A stretch of 64,000 nucleotides of DNA from Terriglobia bacterium (GCA_963737495.1 CAVTSS010000009.1:57167-121166), one strand, 5' to 3'. Positions 31,566 to 41,390 are shown, numbered from the stretch's first letter. Notes: generated from the letters alone by a model not told the origin. Translations and numbers: made by a program.

Positions 31566-32825
31566 TCAGACGAGACACGCATTGGCCGCCTCCGCGCGGA
31601 GCTGCTCCTCGTGCTTGCACTGCCGTTCGAGTAGCTCCGCCTCGAGTGCGATCGCCGCAGCCTTCACCGCCGCCGGGATCGCCTGTTGGTAATGCCTCAA
31701 CGTTACCTGCGGGTCCGCGTGGCGCATATGGGCTTGGGTCGATTTCGGATCCTTCGCCTTCCCTCCGAACAGCGTTGACGAGGTACGCCGGAGAGATTGG
31801 AAGTTCAGCGCCGTCGTTTCCTTGCCCTTGGAGTCCTTCGTGATGGCGATGCCGGCGCGGATCGCCGCTGGCTTCAGCACGCGCCTGAGAAAGTTCGCCG
31901 GGCGAATCGGCACATCCTTGTGGCTCGAAGGGAACAGCCAGGCCGTGGGGCTCGGGTCGATTGTCTCCAGGTAGTGCCTCAACTCGGTCGCGAGGTCTGG
32001 CGGAAGGAAGACGGATGAGGCCGATGCCAGGGTCTTGGGTTCCTTCGTGCGGCCGTTCACCATCGCCTCGTCGATCACCAATTCCTGATCGCGAACGTCG
32101 TTTCTCCGAAGTGCGCACCATTCCTCAGATCGAAGCCCGAGTTGCACAAGGATGCGGATGGCGACGTGATCGCGGCCGGATACCCCCGTGTACAGGGCGA
32201 CGCATTCTTCAGAAGTGTGCGACAGATTGCAGCGCCGCTTCCTCGACTTGGCCTTCAGATTCCGTGCCGGGTTGCGGTCGATCAGCCTGCGATCGACGGC
32301 GACATTCAGAATCGCGCGCAAGTGCGTTGTCAGCTTCGAGAGCAACGACACACTGGAACTGGCTTCCACGTAGCCGTTGATGAACCGTTGAAGCTCGGCG
32401 TCCGCCAGTTCCCGAACCGGGCGCGCGCCGAGTTTTCCGATCAGGTGAATCTTAATCAGGTTCGCGCTAACCCGCCTTTCGTTGTCTCCCCAGTTAGGTT
32501 TGTTCAGGTCAACGTACTCGCGCGCCAGCTCGCCGAACGTGGTCCTGGTCGTGAAAGCCATGGGCGCGGAGTTGCTTTCGCCGATGAGCTTGCCGAGGAC
32601 CTTCCAGGCATCTGTTTTGATCAGTGGGCCGGCGTAGTCGAGAACGAATCCCATTTTCTCCGCCAGGGCGCGGTCGATGATTTTTGAGGGCCGCTTAACG
32701 CACTCGGTTCCGTCAGGTCGGCGGACATAGAGTCTCCATCGCGACCAGTAACGGCCGCGCTGGAGCTTGCCGCGGCGCGGCGGCGATTCGCGGATCTCGC
32801 CCTGTTGCGATTTAGGCCTGGACAT
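31566..32825 (-). CDS. tyrosine-type site-specific integrase
   Basis: ...LRILVQLGLRSEEWCALRRNDV...KTLASASSVFLPPDL...NFQSLRRTSSTLFG...QAHMRHADPQVTLRHYQQ (R..HxxR..Y pattern). ATG 32825 was chosen because it avoids overlap with the upstream HTH gene. Confidence 0.85.
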   Translation of the reverse strand: MSRPKSQQGEIRESPPRRGKLQRGRYWSRWRLYVRRPDGTECVKRPSKIIDRALAEKMGFVLDYAGPLIKTDAWKVLGKLIGESNSAPMAFTTRTTFGELAREYVDLNKPNWGDNERRVSANLIKIHLIGKLGARPVRELADAELQRFINGYVEASSSVSLLSKLTTHLRAILNVAVDRRLIDRNPARNLKAKSRKRRCNLSHTSEECVALYTGVSGRDHVAIRILVQLGLRSEEWCALRRNDVRDQELVIDEAMVNGRTKEPKTLASASSVFLPPDLATELRHYLETIDPSPTAWLFPSSHKDVPIRPANFLRRVLKPAAIRAGIAITKDSKGKETTALNFQSLRRTSSTLFGGKAKDPKSTQAHMRHADPQVTLRHYQQAIPAAVKAAAIALEAELLERQCKHEEQLRAEAANACLV

Positions 32826-32866
32826 ATGGCGACCAACCTGTTTCAGGTCAACCGGCAGCACAGAGG

Positions 32867-33067
32867 TTACCATGCAGTCTTCCCTCCTGATATGCGGATG
32901 CACTCCGCGATGAACTGTTCAACGTCTTCTCGCCGGAACCGCACGGCCTTGCCGAGCTTCACAGACGTCAGCCGTGGACGGCGCCGGCTCGCATGGTCCA
33001 GCACCCAAGCCACGGACATGCCAAGCCAGTCGGCGACCTGTTTCGGCGTTAGAAGACTCTCAAGCAT
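32867..33067 (-). CDS. excisionase/AlpA-like helix-turn-helix protein
   Basis: LLTPKQVADWLGMSVAWVLDHASRRRPRLTSVKLGKAVRFRREDVEQFI. Confidence 0.7.
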   Translation of the reverse strand: MLESLLTPKQVADWLGMSVAWVLDHASRRRPRLTSVKLGKAVRFRREDVEQFIAECIRISGGKTAW

Positions 33068-33100
33068 TTCCTGCCGGTCCCTGTTCCGTTCTGTGATGCG

Positions 33101-33215
33101 CTGACGGGTACTGACGGGTTTGACGGGTTTGCGGGAATTTCTTCCTTCGCGAGAGAAAATCTATAAGAGACTCCGAAAAGCCGTCAAAACCCGTCAGTTT
33201 CGGCAAACCCGTCAG
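33101..33215. repeat. iteron cluster: 3 direct TGACGGGT + 3 inverted (ACC)CGTCA copies
   Basis: cTGACGGGTacTGACGGGTtTGACGGGT (33101-33128), then CCGTCA 33181-33186, ACCCGTCAG 33189-33197 and ACCCGTCAG 33207-33215. Confidence 0.8.
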
Positions 33216-33217
33216 TC

Positions 33218-34537
33218 TCATAAATTCGTCCTCAGTCCGATTCCGAAATAGAGATTGCCGCGGTCGGTGTGCTTCTTTTCAAAGTGATGGCCATCCGTGA
33301 GCCGTTTGCCGAAAGCCGTTTCCGTCAAGGAGTCGCGCTCTCCGGTCTGTTCCACCCAGGTTTTGTATGCCGCATAAAGATTTCTGCCGAGAGCAGAAAC
33401 GCGCTCGCCAACGACACAGCGATCGTCAATAAACCGGCCTACCTGGTCGCTCTCAGAGCGGTAGTCGCCTGTGGCCTTCATCACGGAGTCGGGCGACGGC
33501 AATCCTTCCGCCTGCCAATGCAAGCATCCCTCGACGGCCCACGCGAGCACACCCGGCAGCTCATCCAGCAGCGCGGCTTTGAGCGTCCGGTCCTCGCGGC
33601 CCTCGAATGACACGTCAAACGGGATCAGTCGAATCCTAGACCAGATGGCGGGGTCCGTCCCGCGAATCGTTGGCTTATAGTTGCTCGCCAGCCAAATCTT
33701 CCAGGTAGGATCGAACTCGTAAGAATTCTCGTGGAGCTTTCGGGCTCGCACCCGATCGCCACCGGTCAACCATTTGACAATTGATTCCGCGAGCGGCGCG
33801 CCCTCGCGCGCTTCTTGTGCGGTGACCAAGCGCCGGCCTTTCATGTTGGCGATGTCGTCGCGCGGGCTGCGATCGTCGCGCGTCGCGATGAACGTGGAGA
33901 AATCGCTAGTGCCGGCGTAGTCGCCCATCACCGCGGCGAGAATCTTCAGAAGCGTACCCTTCCCGTTTCGTCCCGTGCCATTCAGCAAGAAAAGACACTC
34001 TTCGCGAGTGTCCGCGGTCAGCGAATAACCGGCCGCCAGCTGCATAAACGGAACGATGTCCGGGTGCAGTTCAAACACTTCCGAAAGAAATCTCAACCAG
34101 CGCGGACATTTGGCATCGCGGCGATATTCCACCGGTGCCAGCCGCGTCATCAGATCCTCGCGGCGGTGTCGACATAGTGTGCCCGTCCGCAGATCGATCG
34201 TGCCGTTGGCGACGTTGAACAGCATCGGATCCACGTCGAGCTCAGACGGCAGCACGGGAACACCGGCTTCCGACGCTGCAAGTCGAACCATGGCCGCGAG
34301 CTGGGCCGCCTTCTCTGACCGCTTTGCCCATTCTGCGGTAGCGGTGCGGAGCGTCGCATCGTCCAAGCCGGCGGCCTCCTGGTAGATGCCACGGACGGTG
34401 TCCTTAGCCCAGCGTTCCATTTGGCCGAGTTCATCGTCGATCCAGCGTCGGCCGTCGTGAACGAGAAACACTCCCCGCGGTCCGCAATAACGGAACCTTT
34501 CACCGTAGGCTGTCACCAACCTTTCGGCATTTCCCAA
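33218..34537 (-). CDS. phage/plasmid primase, P4 family (D5-type NTPase domain)
   Basis: LFLLNGTGRNGKGTLLKILAAVMGDY (Walker A), RLVTAQEAREG, KWLTGGDRVRARKLHENSYEF. TTG start. Confidence 0.85.
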   Translation of the reverse strand: MGNAERLVTAYGERFRYCGPRGVFLVHDGRRWIDDELGQMERWAKDTVRGIYQEAAGLDDATLRTATAEWAKRSEKAAQLAAMVRLAASEAGVPVLPSELDVDPMLFNVANGTIDLRTGTLCRHRREDLMTRLAPVEYRRDAKCPRWLRFLSEVFELHPDIVPFMQLAAGYSLTADTREECLFLLNGTGRNGKGTLLKILAAVMGDYAGTSDFSTFIATRDDRSPRDDIANMKGRRLVTAQEAREGAPLAESIVKWLTGGDRVRARKLHENSYEFDPTWKIWLASNYKPTIRGTDPAIWSRIRLIPFDVSFEGREDRTLKAALLDELPGVLAWAVEGCLHWQAEGLPSPDSVMKATGDYRSESDQVGRFIDDRCVVGERVSALGRNLYAAYKTWVEQTGERDSLTETAFGKRLTDGHHFEKKHTDRGNLYFGIGLRTNL

Positions 34538-35397
34538 TTCCGTGAGCGGGCGTGCTCCTTCTTTGCTGGGCGCGCCTCGACAGTAGATGGAGACTTCCGT
34601 TGTCGCCGGACACGCGCCCCGGCAATCAACTTGAGCGTTTCCTCAGGTCCGCGGGCCGCCAGAAAATCATCAATGCCCTTCACGTCGGCTGGAAGATTCT
34701 TCGGCCACGGAAACCATGCGACGGTCGCGCCTCGCTCCTGAAGCTCACTTGTAAGCTCGAGGCGCGCCCTCGTGACAGACGGGTTCTTCTCGACGTCGTT
34801 GTCATAAATAATCACCACGAGGCGCCGGAAGTCAATTTTGGAGAAATCAGGGATAACACCCTTGACATCAACGCGCGCACCATCCGCATCGAAATCCTTT
34901 CCGACGACTCCGCGGAATCCCCACACGCCGTTAATCGCTACGGGGAGAGCATGTGGCTTCTCGGCTCCATCACAAAGCCCGAACCATGCGGCTCGCCAGA
35001 GCGCGATTGCCTTAAGTGGCCCTTCGGTGATCCAAAGTGGCGTGCCGGTGTCCAGGAGCAAGCCGGCATCGACGTCCACCGGCACGTACAACAGATTCCC
35101 GCGGCCTGGCGGGTACAGATACTTCCCGCGCGGTTTCTTGGTGCCATCCGCCTTTTGTTCGAGCTCTGGGTGATCGCGTCGGATCAGCCACTCACGAACG
35201 TAATCGTCACCTGGCCACCGCAAAGGAATTGCGATTCCTTCGTACCGGCCGGCGCCGTTGCGCCCAACCAGTCCGCCGCCCGTGAAGCTGTCTACGGTAC
35301 GCAGTCCCGCCCGATCCGCTCCAGCGTGATTTATCCAGCGAGGCTCGCAAACACGCAGGACGTGTTCGGGAGTGATGGGCGAACCCGGTAGCGTCAT
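34513..35397 (-). CDS. DUF3854/Toprim-like domain protein
   Basis: LWITEGPLKAIALW...VAINGVWGF...VVIIYDNDVEKNPSVTRARLEL...VKGIDDFL. Confidence 0.65.
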   Translation of the reverse strand: MTLPGSPITPEHVLRVCEPRWINHAGADRAGLRTVDSFTGGGLVGRNGAGRYEGIAIPLRWPGDDYVREWLIRRDHPELEQKADGTKKPRGKYLYPPGRGNLLYVPVDVDAGLLLDTGTPLWITEGPLKAIALWRAAWFGLCDGAEKPHALPVAINGVWGFRGVVGKDFDADGARVDVKGVIPDFSKIDFRRLVVIIYDNDVEKNPSVTRARLELTSELQERGATVAWFPWPKNLPADVKGIDDFLAARGPEETLKLIAGARVRRQRKSPSTVEARPAKKEHARSRNWEMPKGW

Positions 35398-35517
35398 GTT
35401 ACTTACCCCTGCCCACGCTCGAAGTGCACAGCTCGGTGTACTGCTTCGGAACCGCCAACGCAGTCAGCGACTCGAAAGGCTCGTGACCCCACGCGGCCAG
35501 CACCCCAGGCGACTGCG

Positions 35518-35763
35518 TCATACCGTTCTCCCGCCACCAGCGGGCTGCTGGTCGAGGAATGCCCTTAGGCCCGAGACGCTGTAACGGATGACCTTCCCCA
35601 TAACCTTGCGGTACGAAGGTCCAACTCCCTTCCGGCGCCAGGTTCGTAGGGTTTGGGGACTCAGACCAAGAAATCGTGCGGCGAATCGTTCGTCCCGACA
35701 GAAGATGTCGTCGGCCAGTTCTTGGGTTACTGCTGGTTGCGATAGGTGATTTTCCGTTTGCAT
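35518..35763 (-). CDS. small helix-turn-helix DNA-binding protein
   Basis: ERFAARFLGLSPQTLRTWRRKGVGPSYRKVMGKVIRYSVSGLRAFL. ATG 35763 lies inside track ORF 35518..35874. Confidence 0.6.
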   Translation of the reverse strand: MQTENHLSQPAVTQELADDIFCRDERFAARFLGLSPQTLRTWRRKGVGPSYRKVMGKVIRYSVSGLRAFLDQQPAGGGRTV

Positions 35764-35792
35764 TGCGCAGCCAGAATAAACTGCGCTGCGCC

Positions 35793-35843
35793 ACTCGGAC
35801 CAGTCCGAGTTAATCCGAGTTGGTCCGAGTGCTGAGTCCGAGT
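35793..35843. repeat. heptamer repeats TCCGAGT x4 (10/10/13-nt phasing) plus one inverted ACTCGGA
   Basis: ACTCGGA 35793-35799; TCCGAGT at 35804, 35814, 35824 and 35837. The cluster lies directly upstream of the HTH gene start (35763). Confidence 0.75.
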
Positions 35844-36610
35844 TCCGCCGCGGTCTTCCGAGCCGCTTCGACAATCTCCTGCTGCTTCGGTTTGCTAACT
35901 CTCCCTATGGCCCTGCCGCCTGTGTAATCCGTCACCGACGTTTTTTTCAAGTTGTGTTGTGCCAGAAACGATTCGATCCCAACTGCCGCGATCACGCGCC
36001 TTACCAATTCCATGTCAGAATCGCCGTCTTGAGGGTTGGTCGGTTCCTGTTGTTGCGCCTCGCTTTCGCTAGTGTTGCCCGGCGCTTCGGCCCGGCCCGG
36101 CGGGACTAGCGCAGGAAGCGCGCCCGCTTTGCGCTCCCGGACCTGTTGCGCCTGAGCTTTCGCCTTGATCGTCCAATACGCCACGCGCGCGTTCATGATC
36201 ATCTTGACGGTGTCCTCGCCCAAGATTGGCGATGCGAGATCCAACATCTCAGCCTGCTGGTCTACGAGACGAAAGAGTAAATCAATGTATGGTTTTGCGT
36301 CCGGTGCCCATGCCCAGGCGGCCAAGTGACGGCGCGCGGCGACATCGAACCAATCCTCAAGAATGCCCGTAAAATCCTGCACGAGCTGAGCCTCCGTCCC
36401 TGGGAAGCTGGAAAGGAGCTTCAGGCGAGCAAGTCGCGAATGCAAAGTAGTCCGCTCTTCGTTGACATCGTCGTTGATTTTGACTTCGAGCGCCTCCAAA
36501 AGCTTGGGGACGCTCTGGGGATCACTCGTCACGGCGCGGACAATCTCGGTCAGCTCCGGACAATAGGGATTTTCGCGGAGGCCTTCAATAAAAATATCGG
36601 AAAGGTCCAT
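35810..36610 (-). CDS. hypothetical protein
   Basis: 266-codon ORF with ATG and protein-like composition (MDLSDIFIEGLRENPYCPELTEIV...). No family recognised. Confidence 0.55.
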   Translation of the reverse strand: MDLSDIFIEGLRENPYCPELTEIVRAVTSDPQSVPKLLEALEVKINDDVNEERTTLHSRLARLKLLSSFPGTEAQLVQDFTGILEDWFDVAARRHLAAWAWAPDAKPYIDLLFRLVDQQAEMLDLASPILGEDTVKMIMNARVAYWTIKAKAQAQQVRERKAGALPALVPPGRAEAPGNTSESEAQQQEPTNPQDGDSDMELVRRVIAAVGIESFLAQHNLKKTSVTDYTGGRAIGRVSKPKQQEIVEAARKTAAELGLSTRTNSD

Positions 36611-36936
36611 CGTTCCCGTTCTGCACGATCTCCCGTTTTGACCAAAAAAAGAAGGAAGCCGCCGCGGGAACGGGTTCCGCTCGTCGTCCGGATCGCGAGT
36701 CCAGACCGAGGCGGCTTCCCATCAGCGTACAGCAATTTCAGGCGGGCGCGATAGACGCTCGCCGCCTTTGCCTCCGCCCGCACCGCGCGGCGTTCCTGTT
36801 GCGTTCGGTGGCGACCAAGTCGGTGTTGCCCGTGTACTCTCGACGGCTGACTCGGATTGAAGCGGCCACATATTGGTCGTGAAGGCGCGCCGACCGACCG
36901 CACAGGTAGTGCGCTAAATCCGTGTGGCCGCCCGCC

Positions 36937-36993
36937 ATGGCCGCTGGAATTGCGGATCACATCTGGTCCGTGCGGGAATTGCTTTTAAATTAA
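36937..36993 (+). pseudogene. possible transposase C-terminal remnant
   Basis: (P)AMAAGIADHIWSVRELLLN* resembles the conserved ...TPAMAAG.xDHxWs.eEL tail seen at the end of some transposases. The upstream frame is interrupted by a stop. Confidence 0.3.
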
Positions 36994-37069
36994 GCGTTTG
37001 CGGGAAGCATTCAAGTCCGGGTTGCGCTCTGCCGATTGGTAGAATAGTATCTAGAGACGCGACCTTACC

Positions 37070-37318
37070 ATGGCACTCGAAACTGAACTGGCGCACTACG
37101 AAACGATCAAACCTGATCTCCTAAAGCACCACGAAGGTAAATATGTGCTAGTGATCGGAAACGAACACTTCGGTGTTTTCGACAAGCGTGAGGATGCTTA
37201 CGCGCGCGGCATTGAGTTGAAGGGCAATGTGCCGATGCTCATTAAGCAGATCCAAAAGGTCGATCCCATCGAGCATATTCCTGCTATGGTCCTGGGCCTC
37301 ATAAATGCCCACTCTTAG
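37070..37318 (+). CDS. small hypothetical protein
   Basis: 82 codons: MALETELAHYETIKPDLLKHHEGKYVLVIGNEHFGVFDKREDAYARGIEL... Lower GC than its surroundings. Confidence 0.5.
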   Translation: MALETELAHYETIKPDLLKHHEGKYVLVIGNEHFGVFDKREDAYARGIELKGNVPMLIKQIQKVDPIEHIPAMVLGLINAHS

Positions 37319-37522
37319 TAACTTCTCGTTCCAGCAGATTCAAGGACAGTCGATGCAACCAGCGCCACAGAACTTAGTGTTTTCTTGGTGGCGACCGTTT
37401 GCCCCCCGGCTCGGTCGAGCGAGGGGTGAAGCAGACTACATCCAGAGGGCCGGCGGCCTTGCCTACGTTACGGACTGAGCGCCGGGCTGCTGGGTTTTCG
37501 ACAATCCGCCGATTCTTTAGTC

Positions 37523-38305
37523 ATGAAGATCTGGTTTACCGCGCTCGCCCTGCTTGCACCTGGATCGTTCGGCCAAACGGTTCTACAGAGCGGCGAGGGT
37601 ATTTTCGTAATCTCCGTTAGCGGCGGACTTGGCGTTGGCTTCCGCGGCAGTTGCCTGACGACTAAAGCCAACGGCGAGGCCGTCATCACGAAGCTGGAGG
37701 GCGCTGTGCTCGCGAACTTCATCGGACAAGAGTACAGAGTGGCCGGCACGGCAGTATACCTGACCGTGCAGAATCAAACCGCCGGCAAGGAGCCAGAGGT
37801 GCGCGTCGATGCAAACGGCAACACCGTGCTCGACAAGAAATCGCCGGGTGCATTGGGTGGTCATTTTCTCGAAGTGTCCCTGTCGAAGAACGGCACGACT
37901 ATCAAGACACAGCGAACCGACGCCCCGTATGGTGTAATTTCCCTTCGAAGCGACCCGCCGGCGACCTCGGCAACGCCGATCCTTACTGAGCTTCGAGTCG
38001 AGGGCGACGTGAAGTTTGCCATGGTTACGTACACCAATGAGACCGGCGATTCAGAGCAGCAGCTCCTGCCGATTCCCTTCAGCAAGCAATTCTATCCACG
38101 AGAAGGTTCGATCGTAGGATTGTTGGCGCAAAAAACGCGCGTCACTCGCCTGGATTCATCCTCCCTCAGAGAGGCGAGCTTGATCTTGGATGATGGACGA
38201 GGCGGCTCGCTCCACGTAGCGATCCGAGTAAACGGTGCAGTGTTGGCCGAAAGCCAGACCAGCGAGCCGTTCGGTGTGGCGAGTGTCTCCACGCGCATTC
38301 CCTGA
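37523..38305 (+). CDS. secreted hypothetical protein
   Basis: Signal peptide MKIWFTALALLAPGSFGQ. 260 codons. Confidence 0.55.
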   Translation: MKIWFTALALLAPGSFGQTVLQSGEGIFVISVSGGLGVGFRGSCLTTKANGEAVITKLEGAVLANFIGQEYRVAGTAVYLTVQNQTAGKEPEVRVDANGNTVLDKKSPGALGGHFLEVSLSKNGTTIKTQRTDAPYGVISLRSDPPATSATPILTELRVEGDVKFAMVTYTNETGDSEQQLLPIPFSKQFYPREGSIVGLLAQKTRVTRLDSSSLREASLILDDGRGGSLHVAIRVNGAVLAESQTSEPFGVASVSTRIP

Positions 38306-38361
38306 GCTAAGCAGCAACTCTCAGGGAATTGTGGAATTAAAGCCGTTTTCCAGGAAAGCCG

Positions 38362-38769
38362 ATGACTTTGGTCATGGTGTGCCCAAATTGCAGTGTCGAG
38401 AATCCTCCTTCAGCCCAGAAATGCGACTGCGGATTCCCGCTCAAGGGACCGCAAGCGCCGACGCCGTTGTTCACGGACCGCGCCATATGCGACCGCTTAA
38501 ACATCGCGGTAGCGTTGCTCCTGCTGCTCTTGCTAGCCTCGATTGGCTCTGTCTTCGTTCACCGCGCCGTGCCTGAAACGTGGCAGTACACGATTGCGGT
38601 TCCGAAGGACACCGAACTCATAACCGTGGTAAACAGGATGGGTGCCGATGGCTGGGAGTTGGTTTCCGCCCGCCGAGCATCGGACGGGTCCACCCCGCCA
38701 AACATGAGCTACGAAATGATCTTCAAGAAACGCGGCGTGGCGTCTGCCTCAGAAGCGACCGGACACTGA
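38362..38769 (+). CDS. zinc-ribbon / TM / DUF4177-like protein
   Basis: CPNCSVENPPSAQKCDCG, one TM segment, then WQYTIAVPKD...MGADGWELVSARRA...YEMIFKK. Confidence 0.6.
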   Translation: MTLVMVCPNCSVENPPSAQKCDCGFPLKGPQAPTPLFTDRAICDRLNIAVALLLLLLLASIGSVFVHRAVPETWQYTIAVPKDTELITVVNRMGADGWELVSARRASDGSTPPNMSYEMIFKKRGVASASEATGH

Positions 38770-38846
38770 GGAGCTTTGCGCGCCGCAACGGGCCGCAGTT
38801 TCGTGCGACATCCGACAATGCCGAGAATTACAACTCTTTCCGCGAA

Positions 38847-39073
38847 ATGCCGATCATTTGCGCGATGAAGGTCTGTGGACGATGCGGAGCTGCGTACGAT
38901 TCGCCGGGGCGAGGCTCTGTGAGAGCTGTGGCGAATTAGCGCCGCACGAATCCTCTCCGGTAGCCAAGCCCAGCGTCGCCCGTGGCGCGTTCGGCTTCTT
39001 GATGGGAACCAGCATGGCGATCTGTTTCATCATCATCGGGCATGCTGACGTTGACTGGACCCAACCGCGGTAG
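38847..39073 (+). pseudogene. small zinc-ribbon membrane protein split by a 1-nt frameshift at the GGGG run 38906-38909
   Basis: MPIICAMKVCGRCGAAYDSPG (frame a), then (A)RLCESCGELAPHESS...FGFLMGTSMAICFIIIGH (frame of ORF 38858..39073). Together these give CxxC...CxxC + TM. Confidence 0.35.
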
Positions 39074-39142
39074 ACGCCTATCGATCTGCGAGTCGCGGAC
39101 AGGTCTGCGCCTTGACTCGTTAAGCCATCAAACATACGATTA

Positions 39143-39907
39143 TCATCCAACGCGTTTTTTCTGTCGTAATGCGGCCGACGTGTCTGTCCCTCTTGATAGT
39201 TCTCGGTTGAGCCGCACCAGGATCGTTTCGATGCGTTCAAGGCGGTCGGCCAAGTCTTTAGTTTCGGTGTTCGCACTCTGCTGAACAAAGTAGCTAGTGA
39301 TCGATGCCGCCAATGTAGACATCAGTCCGATGCCCACGAGCATCAGCAGAACAGCAATCACCCGCCCCAGGACCGTGCTGGGCGCAATGTCGCCGTATCC
39401 GACGGTGCTGGCTGTGACCACGGCCCACCAGATTCCATCCCCGAAGCCGCCCTTAACGGTCTGCGGCTCAAGAATCGAAAGGCTGCCTCCGCCCACCAAG
39501 ATCAAGAGCGTCGTAATCGCGACAGTATAGAGCAGCCCGCGACGCCCGAGGATCTCCTTGAGCGCACCAAGCCCCCGCGCAGTCACACCTGCAAGCCTGG
39601 CCAGGCGAAGCAATCGAACCAATCGCGCTACGCGCACGAGTGCCAGCAGGTTTGGCAGCAAGGGGAACGAAATCGCAACGACGGCAAAATCGAAGATGGT
39701 TGATGGTCGGAGTAGCGGAGCGCGCGGACGCGCGCTCACGACGAAAAGAAACTCGAGTACGAATATACTCCACACGGCCCAGTCCATAGCGTCGAGAACT
39801 CGCGTTGGCGCACCGTGCTCTTGAAGGACCGTGAGGGGTATCGTCCCCAATGCCGCCACAATAACGGCAAGCTCAAGGGCCTGACGGAGCCGAGCGTGAG
39901 AAATCAT
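39143..39907 (-). CDS. ion-transport (K+ channel) protein
   Basis: S4-like VRVARLVRLLRLARLAG and selectivity filter TVGYGD. Confidence 0.85.
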   Translation of the reverse strand: MISHARLRQALELAVIVAALGTIPLTVLQEHGAPTRVLDAMDWAVWSIFVLEFLFVVSARPRAPLLRPSTIFDFAVVAISFPLLPNLLALVRVARLVRLLRLARLAGVTARGLGALKEILGRRGLLYTVAITTLLILVGGGSLSILEPQTVKGGFGDGIWWAVVTASTVGYGDIAPSTVLGRVIAVLLMLVGIGLMSTLAASITSYFVQQSANTETKDLADRLERIETILVRLNRELSRGTDTSAALRQKKRVG

Positions 39908-40458
39908 TCCGGAACTCGCCCGTTCGCCGTTGCGATATCGGACGGAGCTGAAGACGTCGTCTCGCGGACCACCGGAGCCGCCGCACTATCCGAACGAGGG
40001 ACGCAATCTGCTTTCACACCTAGCTGAAGCGGCTCGCTCGCCCGAAGCGACAGGACGAAGAGTAGAGCGGCAGCGAGGATCACTACCGCGATCCCGATCG
40101 TTCGGGCGGATTGACGTCGGCCGCCACCCGTCGCCGCGTTCACGCTCGGATTGGTGAGTTGATGACCGCACCGCGAACAGAACTTAGGCCGAAGCTGATA
40201 AGCCATTCCACATGCGGGGCAACGGAAGTCGATCACAGACGGTGGGCCCTGGGGCAACTCGCGTCGCGTAGAGGCCCTTTTGTAAGACCGCCAGGAAAGT
40301 CCAGTGCCCGGAACGCTTGCGCTCGTATATCTCCGGCCCTTCGCATCAATACCGACACGAAGGCCGCGGACTCCGGCAGAAAATCCCACTCCTGACTTGC
40401 TCAGGTTCAGGGTCAATCCGCGGAAGATCTTAATCCGACGCTGAAAACGGAATCCCAT
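39904..40458 (-). CDS. DUF4236 domain + zinc-ribbon + TM protein
   Basis: MGFRFQRRIKIFRGLTLNLSKSGVGFSAGVRGLRVGIDAKGRRYTSASVPGTGLSW, then CPACG...CSRCG. ATGA-type overlap with the channel gene. Confidence 0.7.
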   Translation of the reverse strand: MGFRFQRRIKIFRGLTLNLSKSGVGFSAGVRGLRVGIDAKGRRYTSASVPGTGLSWRSYKRASTRRELPQGPPSVIDFRCPACGMAYQLRPKFCSRCGHQLTNPSVNAATGGGRRQSARTIGIAVVILAAALLFVLSLRASEPLQLGVKADCVPRSDSAAAPVVRETTSSAPSDIATANGRVPE

Positions 40459-40553
40459 TTTGAGTCGGTCGGCTTTTGCCGTACGGTATCTATCGGCGGT
40501 GCGATTTATTAGCTGTAGTGGCAGAGGCCCCAAAGCTACCAGACTCTACGTAG

Positions 40554-40982
40554 GTGAAAGACCTACTCGTACTACTCGGCAAGCGTGTACACGATCTGCG
40601 CGCGGCCAAGAAGTGGTCGCAGGAGGAGTTCGCCCACATCAGCGGACTGCATCGAACCTACATCGGTCAGATCGAACGCGGCGAAAAGAACATCAGCTTT
40701 GCGAACCTCCTGAAAGTCGCAGAGGTACTCGGCGTAACGATGTCCGAGATGTTATTCGGCCTGGAGGACAACGCCTGGCCCGACCAGCAGCCCGTCGGCA
40801 AGGTTTCTGGATCGAAACGCCGCACAGCGGCATCCCGCCCCTTGTTCGAGATTCACAGGCTCATCAAGAGCCTGAAACAGCAACGAGTCGCGATGGATCG
40901 CACAGTAGAGTTGCTGGAACAACATGCCATCGAGGCTGCGGGGACTGGGACGAAACCGCCGCGCAAGGTCTCGGGGAAATAG
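40554..40982 (+). CDS. XRE-family helix-turn-helix regulator
   Basis: LGKRVHDLRAAKKWSQEEFAHISGLHRTYIGQIERGEKNISFANLLKVAEVLGV. GTG start. Confidence 0.85.
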   Translation: MKDLLVLLGKRVHDLRAAKKWSQEEFAHISGLHRTYIGQIERGEKNISFANLLKVAEVLGVTMSEMLFGLEDNAWPDQQPVGKVSGSKRRTAASRPLFEIHRLIKSLKQQRVAMDRTVELLEQHAIEAAGTGTKPPRKVSGK

Positions 40983-40988
40983 AAGGCT

Positions 40989-41390
40989 TCAGAATCTCTT
41001 GTCGGCGAAGCGCGACTTTCCGGCCGTTCCCTGTTTGGTGCGGCCGGTCTTTTTCGCGAGCCTACTTCTCACGCGCTCAGCTTCGATAAGAATGTCGCCG
41101 GGATCGCCAAGCTTCCTTTCCCGCGCGCCACACAGCCGCCCGAGCCGAGCCCAATCGCCCTCTTCGCGGTCGCGCAGAATCTCAAGTACTTCGAAGCACG
41201 CCCACGCGCGCGTCTCCGCGACCATTAGGCCGCAGGATTCTAGGAACTCGTGCCCGCGAAACAAATGAGATCGCTGCAACTGCTCCAGACCCTGAAGAAC
41301 CTGATCGAAGCTGCGATTGATGGCACACAGCGTTTCGTAGATCATCAGTTCTCCGGGTGTTTCTTTGCTGGGGGTATTCTTGGTCCGCAT
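40989..41390 (-). CDS. hypothetical protein
   Basis: 133-codon ORF downstream of, and on the same strand as, the recombinase gene. Confidence 0.45.
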   Translation of the reverse strand: MRTKNTPSKETPGELMIYETLCAINRSFDQVLQGLEQLQRSHLFRGHEFLESCGLMVAETRAWACFEVLEILRDREEGDWARLGRLCGARERKLGDPGDILIEAERVRSRLAKKTGRTKQGTAGKSRFADKRF

